A stretch of 14,576 bases of DNA, taken from assembly GCA_013416795.1 (NCBI GenBank), contig RQSC01000004.1, positions 72,871-87,446 of the forward strand, read 5' to 3'. The notes below the pieces were generated by a model that saw nothing but the letters and a program-made list of their open reading frames with translations, was not told the origin of the DNA and did no database searches. A program made the position numbers and the translations under genes. This DNA is from Prasinococcaceae sp. CCMP 1430. Lineage: Eukaryota; Plantae; Prasinodermophyta. This document shows positions 1 to 7,390 of the stretch, one piece after another (positions within the stretch are counted from its first letter, which is position 1; every line of letters begins with the position of its first letter).

Positions 1-77
<77 letters not shown>

Positions 78-275
78 GCACACACACACACACGGCACAC
101 ACACACACGACATACACACACACGCACTCAGCACACACGCACACGCACGCACACACACACATACATACGCACGCACATGCACACACACTCAGAGCACACA
201 CACACGCACGCACTCAGAGCACACACACACACACGCACTCAGAGCACACACACACACACGCACACGCACACACGC
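1..275. repeat. Compound (CA)n microsatellite with interspersed CACTCAG(AG)CA units, inside an intron of a + strand gene
   Basis: Pure CA run 1-72, then degenerate CA/CACG with recurring (C/G)CACTCAG(AG)CACAC units near 125, 186, 211 and 236; followed by GCTGAC branch point at 281-286. Confidence 0.95.
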
Positions 276-312
276 CAGCGGCTGACGCGCTTCCCCGCCC
301 TCTTCCGCGCAG

Positions 313-441
313 CTTCGCGTGGTGTACTTCGACGCCTCGGGCGAGACGCGCGAGGCGTCGGCGGGCGACGACGGCGGCTCCAGCCAGTGGTGCCGCATGG
401 CGCGCGGCGCCGTGCGGCTCTTCGCGCTCTACTCGGCGTGA
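313..441 (+). CDS. 3' terminal coding exon of an unidentified gene whose upstream exons lie left of the window
   Basis: Branch point GCTGAC 281-286, pyrimidine tract and acceptor CGCGCAG ending 312; phase-0 reading gives [42 protein letters not shown] with strongly G/C-ending codons, TGA at 439-441. Not listed in the ORF track because it has no start codon. Confidence 0.7.
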   Translation, partial: LRVVYFDASGETREASAGDDGGSSQWCRMARGAVRLFALYSA

Positions 442-660
442 GGCGGCGCGGCGGAGGAGGCGGCGGAGGAGGAGGAGGCGGCGAGGGCGGAGGCCATCCC
501 GTCCGTCGGCGCGCCCCCGCCCACCCCCTCGACCCCTACACCTCACCGCCCGCGCGCGCGCGCCGCGCGGCGCCGGCGCCGGCGGGGAGAGCGAACCTTT
601 CGATGACAATTTTGGCGGACGGTGTGGGGAGCACAGCGCACCGCAGCGCCCAGCGCGCAC

Positions 661-687
661 GCGTGCGGTGTGTGTGTGTGCGTGTGC

Positions 688-733
<46 letters not shown>

Positions 734-747
734 GCGTGTGTGTGTGT

Positions 748-778
<31 letters not shown>

Positions 779-996
779 CGTGTGTGTGTGTGTGTGTGCG
801 AGAGAGAGAGAGAGACAGGGCGCCTCAGCGCATAAGGCGCGCGTGGTGTGTGTGTGTGTGTGTGGTGGAGCGTTTGTGAGAAATCGCCTCAGCGACCAAC
901 GCGCGCGTGCGGTGTGTGTGTATGTGTGTGTGTTATCGCCTCAGCGCCCAATGCGCGCGTGTGCGGTGTGTGTGTGCGTGTGTGCAGTGTGTGTGT
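661..996. repeat. (TG)n / (GA)n microsatellite tract punctuated by a repeated CGCCTCAGCG...GCGCGCGTG core
   Basis: TG runs 661-798, GA run about 800-815, CGCCTCAGCG at 821-830, 885-894 and 937-946, each followed by a 5-7 nt variable segment, GCGCGCGTG and a TG run. Confidence 0.9.
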
Positions 997-1139
997 AGCA
1001 GGGCCTTCGAGGACGGGAGCGGCTGGCACCGCGCGGGCGTCGCGCGCGCGCGCGCGCGAGAGAGAGAGAGACCCGCAGAGAGCGCGCGACCGCGCGCGCA
1101 CGCACTTGCACACCGCGCTTGCACAGCGACGCCTGCGCA

Positions 1140-1221
1140 CGCGCACGCGCATGCAGGGGTGCGCATGCGCACGCACACACACACACACACACACACACGC
1201 ACGCACACTCAGCTACACACT

Positions 1222-1309
<88 letters not shown>
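1140..1309. repeat. (CA)n microsatellite running into an assembly gap
   Basis: Degenerate CACG/CA then pure CA up to the first N at 1310. Confidence 0.95.
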
Positions 1310-1896
1310 NNNNNNNNNNNNNNNNNNNNNNNNNNNNNNNNNNNNNNNNNNNNNNNNNNNNNNNNNNNNNNNNNNNNNNNNNNNNNNNNNNNNNNNNNNN
1401 NNNNNNNNNNNNNNNNNNNNNNNNNNNNNNNNNNNNNNNNNNNNNNNNNNNNNNNNNNNNNNNNNNNNNNNNNNNNNNNNNNNNNNNNNNNNNNNNNNNN
1501 NNNNNNNNNNNNNNNNNNNNNNNNNNNNNNNNNNNNNNNNNNNNNNNNNNNNNNNNNNNNNNNNNNNNNNNNNNNNNNNNNNNNNNNNNNNNNNNNNNNN
1601 NNNNNNNNNNNNNNNNNNNNNNNNNNNNNNNNNNNNNNNNNNNNNNNNNNNNNNNNNNNNNNNNNNNNNNNNNNNNNNNNNNNNNNNNNNNNNNNNNNNN
1701 NNNNNNNNNNNNNNNNNNNNNNNNNNNNNNNNNNNNNNNNNNNNNNNNNNNNNNNNNNNNNNNNNNNNNNNNNNNNNNNNNNNNNNNNNNNNNNNNNNNN
1801 NNNNNNNNNNNNNNNNNNNNNNNNNNNNNNNNNNNNNNNNNNNNNNNNNNNNNNNNNNNNNNNNNNNNNNNNNNNNNNNNNNNNNNNNNNNNNNNN
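1310..1896. other. Assembly gap (587 N)
   Basis: Run of N; flanked by CA and CG dinucleotide repeats that typically break assemblies. Confidence 1.
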
Positions 1897-2059
1897 GCGC
1901 GCGCGCGCCCCGCGCGCCGCCCGCGCGGGCGGACGGGCCGCGCCGACCCGCGATCGCGTGCCAGCATAGCCCGATCCCGTGCTGACGCGCCCGCGGCCAC
2001 GCCTATGCTGCCCCGCGCGTGCTCGTGACCGTTGGCCCCCCTTCGCAATGTCCGGGCAG

Positions 2060-2266
2060 CCGGGCGACACCATGTTCAAGATCGCCACCAAGGCGGGCGT
2101 GTCGCTCGACGCCATGAAGGAGGCCAACCCGATGGAGAACTACGACCAGCTCGTGGCCGGCCAGTCGCTGCACCTGCCCAAGGGCGCCAGCAAGCCCACC
2201 TTCCTCTGGGCGGGCGTCGGCGTGCTGCTCGCGGTTGGCGCCTACCTGCTCTACAAGAAGAAGTAG
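2060..2266 (+). CDS. LysM-domain protein with C-terminal transmembrane helix and basic tail (last exon; an in-frame ATG at 2048 gives an alternative single-exon 72 aa model)
   Basis: PGDTMFKIATKAGVSLDAMKEANPMENYDQLVAGQSLHLP fits the LysM pattern (GDT..IA...GVS...L..AN......L..GQ.L.LP); then FLWAGVGVLLAVGAYLLY-KKK*. Upstream GCTGAC (1981) and acceptor CAG at 2057-2059 indicate splicing. Confidence 0.85.
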   Translation, partial: PGDTMFKIATKAGVSLDAMKEANPMENYDQLVAGQSLHLPKGASKPTFLWAGVGVLLAVGAYLLYKKK

Positions 2267-2382
2267 GGAGGGGAGGGGTCGCGCGCGGCGCGGCCGGGAG
2301 CCAAGCAGGCCCCCGGAGCCCGACGCCCTCGCGCGCCGCCGGCGGCAGCGCCGTCGCGGCCGCAGCTGCGAGGGCAATTTCA

Positions 2383-2387
2383 TGTAA
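2383..2387 (+). terminator. TGTAA (UGUAA) chlorophyte-type polyadenylation signal for the LysM gene
   Basis: TGTAA about 120 nt after the LysM stop codon; UGUAA is the established poly(A) signal in Chlamydomonas and related chlorophytes. Confidence 0.55.
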
Positions 2388-2616
2388 CAACATCGCCGCA
2401 CTCACGAGGAGCGAACCGCACGGGCGCCCGCGAGCGGTGCCTGCGCGCGCAGCCGGTGCCCCGGCAAGGCCGCCCGCCCGGTGTGCGAGCGCGGCTCGCG
2501 CGCGCAGTGCGGCGGGGCAATCGGTAATACCCAGCACGAGAGCTTTACGCCGGGGGCGCCAGCACGCGCGCAGGGGCAGCAGCTGCGGCAGCGGCGGCAC
2601 TGGCGTGCACCGCCGC

Positions 2617-3273
2617 TTAGGCGTCCTTGCCGACGATGGGCTTGGCGCCGTCGTCCTCATCCTTGGGGGTGATGACGCGGATGTTGTCGGGCAGCGGCGT
2701 CTTGGGGCCGGTCTTGCCAGTCGGGTCGTGGTCGAGCATGATCTTGACGTGGAGACCCATCATACCCTGGCGCATGGCGACGTGGCGCACCGCCGAGTCG
2801 ATGTACTCCTTGACGGGGGTACCGGTGGAGATCATGTAGCCGTCCTTGAACTTCATGACCTTGGCGCGAGCGGCGCGCATCTTGCCCGCCACGATCACCT
2901 CGCAGCCCTTGGCGCCCGACTCCATCACGAAGCGCAGCACGCCGTAGCACGCGCGGCGCACGGCGAGGCCGCCGAGCAGCTTGTAGCGCAGCGACTCGCA
3001 CTGCGCCACGGCGCACAGGCCGCGGTTGGCCACCTTCTCGGCGTAGAGCTCGACCGAGCCCTCCGGGAAGTTGAAGCGCTTCTGCACCACGGCGGTGAGC
3101 TCGCGAATGCGGCGGCCCTTCTCGCCGAGCACGTTCTGCGTGCGCGTGGCGCGGATGATGATCTCCGTGCGCATGGGGGTCACGCGGACCTCGACGCCGG
3201 AGTAGCCGTCCTCGGCGAGCTCGCGCATGAGCATCTCGTTGAGCTCGGCGTAGAACACGCCATCGGCGATGAA
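2617..3273 (-). CDS. RPS3: 40S ribosomal protein uS3 (RPS3), exon 2; the short first coding exon (about M...SKKRK) is not visible
   Basis: [40 protein letters not shown]...[17 protein letters not shown]...TPKDE is unmistakable uS3. Acceptor CAG at 3276-3274, branch GCTGAC at 3316-3311 on the minus strand. Confidence 0.98.
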   Translation of the reverse strand, partial: FIADGVFYAELNEMLMRELAEDGYSGVEVRVTPMRTEIIIRATRTQNVLGEKGRRIRELTAVVQKRFNFPEGSVELYAEKVANRGLCAVAQCESLRYKLLGGLAVRRACYGVLRFVMESGAKGCEVIVAGKMRAARAKVMKFKDGYMISTGTPVKEYIDSAVRHVAMRQGMMGLHVKIMLDHDPTGKTGPKTPLPDNIRVITPKDEDDGAKPIVGKDA

Positions 3274-3754
3274 CTGAGCGGGTGCGCGACCGTGGGGCAG
3301 GCCAGGCGGCGTCAGCACGAGCACCCACGCGCGCGAGAGAGGGAGAGAGAGACCGCGGGGTAGAGCGCACCCCGCAGCGCACCGCGCCGGACAGGAGACC
3401 GCCCGTCGGTCGAGCGCGCTCCGCGCAGCGGGCGCGCAAGCGGCAGGTGCGGCACGCTGCGTGCAGCTGCTCGCACACGCGCCGCGGTACGGCCCGAGGC
3501 GCGACAGGCGGCCTCGCCTCGCCGCGCACGCCGTAGCGCGTCGCGTGTGCGGGCGCAGGCGCCGGCCGGCGGCCGCGCTTTTTTTTTCCCTCGCGGTTTT
3601 TCGCCGCTGGCTGCCAAAAACCCACGCGCGCGGCCAGCGCGTGCGGGGCGCGCGGGGGCGGCACGCGGGGCGTCTCCGGCGCGCGCTCCTGGCGACTGCC
3701 CGGCGTTGGTGCTTGCACCGTCGCACGGCGCCGCGGATCGCCCCGGGGCGCGCG

Positions 3755-3778
3755 NNNNNNNNNNNNNNNNNNNNNNNN
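3755..3778. other. Small assembly gap (24 N), probably hiding RPS3 exon 1
   Basis: No ISKKRK-coding sequence found in any minus frame between 3276 and 4300; minus-strand sequence after the gap (CGCGCGCC...) would fit a GTG|CGCGC donor. Confidence 0.6.
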
Positions 3779-4128
3779 CCCCCGACACCGCCCATTTCCC
3801 GCTTGCCGCGTTTCGCCCGCGTCGCAACCGCGGCTTCGGAGACTCACGCGAACCCGCCCGCGCGCGCAATTCGCGCGCCGCAAAAAAAAAAGGAGCAAAA
3901 ATGAGGCGGCGGCCGCCCATGATGGAATCCACACTTTTTACGGATTCCTTCTTCTCTTGTACTTCTATTTTAACACATCGTATCTGCAGTGGATTCGTTA
4001 TGGATTCCATCTTTTTCATCTCGATGCGATGTGACGAGGCGGGCGGGGGCGGATGGGGGCCGCCGGCTCGGCGGCCGCCGGCGCGCGGCGGAAGCGCGCA
4101 TTCGATACATTCGAATGCATCCTCTCAC

Positions 4129-4136
4129 AAACCCTA
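4129..4136 (+). promoter_or_regulatory. Telo-box (AAACCCTA) in the divergent RPS3 / 4471-gene intergenic region
   Basis: Exact AAACCCTA in AT-rich intergenic DNA upstream of a ribosomal protein gene; telo-boxes are established in land-plant ribosomal protein promoters. Function here is untested. Confidence 0.35.
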
Positions 4137-4470
4137 TTTGCAGTCATGAAGCGTTTTGAAGAAGGATGTTTGGGGTTCATGCGCGGCCGGGGCGGGAAGC
4201 CGCTGCGCGCGGGAGCAGCGGATAGCCCGCGGAATCGCGGGAGAGCGTACTATTTCGTTCTGCGTTTTGTATTATATTATTCGAGTATTTCGAATTAGGT
4301 AATTGTGTGGATTTGCGGCGCGCGCTGCGTCAGCGGCGTCAGCGGCGTCCTCCCGGCGCAGGCAGGGTGCAGCACTCCGGGGGGGGGGGGGGGGGGGGGG
4401 GGGGAGGGAGCCAGGCGCCACAGCGCGCGCGCGCGCGCAGCTTTTGCCCGGTCCTGTCCGGACCGCCGCG

Positions 4471-5146
4471 ATGGCCGCCGGGATGGCCGCCGCGACGCGC
4501 GGCGCCGCGGCGCGCGGCCGCGCGCGCCGACAACCCGCTCACCAAGCTCGGCAAGAAGCTCGAGCGGCTCGGCGACAAGGTGGACGAGAAGCTGGCCAAG
4601 TGGAAGGGCGAGCGAGAGGAGAAGGAGCTCGTGAAGCGCGCGCGGGAAAAGCAGAGCGCGCAGATCGACAAGGTCTCCGAGGAGCTGTTCGGGGGCGGCC
4701 TCATGGGCAAGCTCGCCGGCGGGCTCTTCAAGAGCGCGTTCAACACGCTGAGCGAGGCGGCGGCGGAGGCGACCAAAGGCGTCAAGGAGGCGTACGACGA
4801 GGCTGCCTTCGCGGTCGAGAACAGCGACGCCGTGCGGGACGCCCTCGGCGCGCCGGTGCAGTGCTCTCCGCCCATGCAGCAGAGCTCCAGCTCGTCCAAC
4901 ATCAACGGTGTGCAGACGCAGAACGTGGGACTGGGCTTCGTCGCGCAGGGCGCTCGCGGTCAGGCGCAGGTGCGCGCCATCTACACGACGGCCGGTGACG
5001 GCTCCGAGCCCAAGCTGGACGTCAAGGTCGTGCTTCCCACGGGGCGCGTCATCGACGTGACCGGGGGGTCCGGGGGCGGCGGCGGGGGCGGCGGGGGCGG
5101 CGGCCAGTACATCGACGTGGACATCATCGACGTGGACTCCAAGTGA
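4471..5146 (+). CDS. Conserved-looking hypothetical protein, probable organelle (plastid) transit peptide plus Coa1/Tim21-like domain; start region frameshifted in this assembly
   Basis: Clear coding frame from about 4526 (ADNPLTKLGKK...AVENSDAVRDALGAPVQCSPPMQQSSSSSNINGVQ...YIDVDIIDVDSK*). 'AV..S..V..ALG.P' resembles Coa1/Tim21-type motifs (from memory, unverified). ATG 4471 (MAAGMAAATRGAAARGRAR) is out of frame across a CG repeat at about 4518-4528. Confidence 0.7.
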
Positions 5147-5385
5147 GGGAAGCCCCCCCTCCGCGCACCCACGTGCGCGCAGACGTCGGGGCGCCCGCCC
5201 CGGCTGTACACTTATTGTCACCATGCAGACGCCATCGCGTGGCGCGCCCTGTGGCGCCGCGCTCCAAGTCGAGGGCCAGGCATGCGCTGGTCGCGCGCGC
5301 GGCGGCCGCCGTCGCCGCGCGGAACGGGCCCCTTCGCGTAATGGCTCAATGATATTAGTCGTCGGTCCGCGGTCCCAGCCGCGCA

Positions 5386-5730
5386 TTAGAAGGGCATGAC
5401 CCGCCTCGCCAGGTACACCAGGAAGCGCGGGCACAGCGGCCGCGCTTGGACCGCGGCGAGCGCGGCCTCCGCCTCAGCGCCTGCGCTCAGCGCGTCGATG
5501 CGCGCGCCGCCATCGGCGCTGTGGAGGATGTCGCCGGCACCACCGCCGGGGGCGGTGCTTTCTTCCCACAGCGCCCCGTACGCCGCGCGGATGATGTCCT
5601 CGATGAGGACGTCCTTTCCGCCCGACATGGGACCCTCGATGATGGGCGAGGTGTGCGTTGCGCCCTTGTACACGCGGCACACCAGCTTGTCTCCTCCGCC
5701 GGCGTCGACGCCCTCCAGCGCGTCCGCCAG
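5386..5730 (-). CDS. ICME: Isoprenylcysteine alpha-carbonyl methylesterase, exon 2
   Basis: Acceptor GCGCAG (5732-5731) after tandem branch GCTGACGCTGAG; LADALEG...YKGATHTSPIIEGPMSGG...LARRVMPF* contains the catalytic His (plant YxGKTHT) and the conserved C-terminal PF. Confidence 0.92.
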   Translation of the reverse strand: MADALEGVDAGGGDKLVCRVYKGATHTSPIIEGPMSGGKDVLIEDIIRAAYGALWEESTAPGGGAGDILHSADGGARIDALSAGAEAEAALAAVQARPLCPRFLVYLARRVMPF

Positions 5731-5881
5731 CTGCGCGCGCGCGCGGCGCGCGTGTGCTCAGCGTCAGCTGGTTGGCGTGGCACGCCAGGCGAGGGAAAAC
5801 AGCCGCGGCCCGCACGCGCGCGCGCGCGCGCGCGCGCGTGCACGCCTGCGTGCGCGCGGAGCGCACAGGTCGTGACCGCAC

Positions 5882-7024
5882 CTTCGTGCACTGGTCGCTC
5901 GGCACGCTCGCGTCGGCGCTGCCCTGCAGCAAGGCGATCTTCGGCAGGTCCCTCGCGTCCACGCTGCCCTCGCGCACGAGCGCGCAGGGGCAGTTCGCGC
6001 GCAGGTCGCCCTCCATGATGCGGGCGAGCAGCTTGGGGTGCAGGCCGTGCTCTTGGAAGTGGCGCACGAGCTCGTCGTCGAGCGAGTACGGCCCGCTCAC
6101 GCCGACCAACGCGCGAAGCGCGCGTGGGCGCCACGCAGCGCGCCCGGCCGCGTGCTCGTCGAGCTCGGCGACCGCCTCCGACAACTGCGGCGCGCCGCCG
6201 TCGCTGTCGGCCACGGCCGCGCGGGGCGAGGAGCCTGAGGAGGCGCTGCGGACGTGGGAGACGTCTGCTCGGTGGCGCTCGGCTCGCACGCGCATGGCCT
6301 GGCGGCACACGGACAGCGCGCTCAGGTGTGCGCCCGCACTCTGCCCGACGAGCACCACGCGCGAGGGGTCGGCGCCCAGCGCTTGCGCATTGCGCAGCGC
6401 CCAGCTCACTGCGGCGGTGACATCCTCCTCCATGGCGCTCACGCTGCCCATCGGGAAATTCCTGTAGTCCACGCACGCCACCACGAAGCCCGCGCACATG
6501 AGCGTGCGCCCCAGGAGCGCCCCCCACGCCTTGTAGCCGATGATCCACACGCCCCCCGGCACGAACACCACCATGGGTCGGCCGCGCCCCTCGCGCGCGC
6601 TGCCGCTGCGGCCCTTCCCGGCCATGCCGTCTTCGCGGCCATTGCCCACGTCCGCGCCGCTGCCGTCATCGCTGCCGCTGTCGCTGTCGGTCACCGCGGC
6701 GACGACGGCGGGGTCGCGCGCGTGCTGCTTGAGCTCCATGGCGTCGGCGCCCTGGGGCAGGTACAGGTCGAGCATGTTGCGGGGGTGGCGCGCGTAGCGC
6801 ACGGAGCGCACCACGAGCGGCGAGGCGAAGTACCACACCACTATGCGCAAAAAGCCCGGCAGCAGGAGCACCGCGAAGGCGACCAGCTGCGCGAGCTTCA
6901 ACAGCCAGAGCGCCCCCGTCGGCACGACGGCGACGGCGAGGCGGACGGCCAGCACGGGCAGCAGGACAATCTCCCTCGCGCGCGCCGCGGCCTCGCGCAG
7001 CGCCCACGCGCCCATGCGAGACAT
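5882..7024 (-). CDS. ICME: Isoprenylcysteine alpha-carbonyl methylesterase (alpha/beta hydrolase), exon 1
   Basis: ATG 7024; GGVWIIGYKAWGALLG, VACVDYRNFP, GADPSRVVLVGQSAGAHL (nucleophile Ser) and GSADASVP (Asp) match plant ICME. Donor AAG|GTGCGG at 5881; 151-nt intron; spliced product about 495 aa. Confidence 0.95.
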
Positions 7025-7090
7025 CGTCGCCGCTCGGCGCCGGTGCGCGCGCGCGTGCGCGCGCGCGCGCGCGCGCATGCTGCCCCCAGN

Positions 7091-7390
7091 GTTGCTCGCG
7101 CAGCCGCTGCCGCTCGAGGTCCGAGTACTCAAGGCACTCCTCTAGCTCGACCAGCTGCTGCACGCGCACAAGCTGGCCGTACGCGCGCTCGTACGACTCG
7201 CCAACAACCGCTGCGAGCTCGGTGGCGATGTAAGCGCGCGCAGAATCGACGTGTGCGCGCGCAGCCTCGAGACGGCCAGATCGCACCGCCAGCACAGCAC
7301 GGAAGAAGTCACCGTCGCTCTGCGAGCCCATGGCAGGCAGGCCAGTCGCCGAGGCCACACTACTGCCCACACGAAGCGGGCGGAGGCTTC
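7091..7390 (-). pseudogene. TOR: Isolated internal fragment of TOR kinase (FAT domain); no start, stop or flanking TOR sequence
   Basis: SDGDFFRAVLAVRSGRLEAARAHVDSARAYIATELAAVVGESYERAYGQLVRVQQLVELEECLEY matches TOR FAT (plant NGTFFRAVL...[34 protein letters not shown]). Ends at the single N at 7090. May be a misassembled piece of the intact gene rather than a pseudogene. Confidence 0.85.

Noticed and set aside
603-625. ATG-initiated mini exon MTILADG as first LysM exon
   Set aside because: Available donors are phase 1 or 0, but the 1002 micro-exon needs phase 2; AT-rich codons.
821-960. CRISPR-like repeat/spacer appearance
   Set aside because: Eukaryotic context, 10-bp core, spacers are microsatellite; no cas genes.
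177-1985. Long ORFs reading HTHTHT, VCVCVC, RARARA or through X runs
   Set aside because: Products of stop-free dinucleotide repeats and N gaps; no coding signal.
3783-3795. MGGVG as the RPS3 N-terminus (ORF 2617..3795)
   Set aside because: ORF runs through a gap and an intron with clear branch and acceptor; unlike conserved uS3 N-termini.
3924-3975. U5 snRNA-like stem with 11-nt loop ACACTTTTTAC
   Set aside because: Invariant U5 loop GCCUUUUAC is not matched and no proper Sm site at the right distance.
3919-4035. Box C/D snoRNA (ATGATGG ... GTGA), prompted by U15 in vertebrate RPS3 introns
   Set aside because: Imperfect C box, no CTGA D box, no recognisable rRNA antisense element.
4129-4136. 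Telomerase RNA template
   Set aside because: AAACCCTA gives one repeat plus 1 nt, too short for template realignment.
4379-4404. G26 homopolymer as poly-Gly coding or G-quadruplex
   Set aside because: Lies upstream of the likely start; long G runs are unreliable in short-read assemblies.
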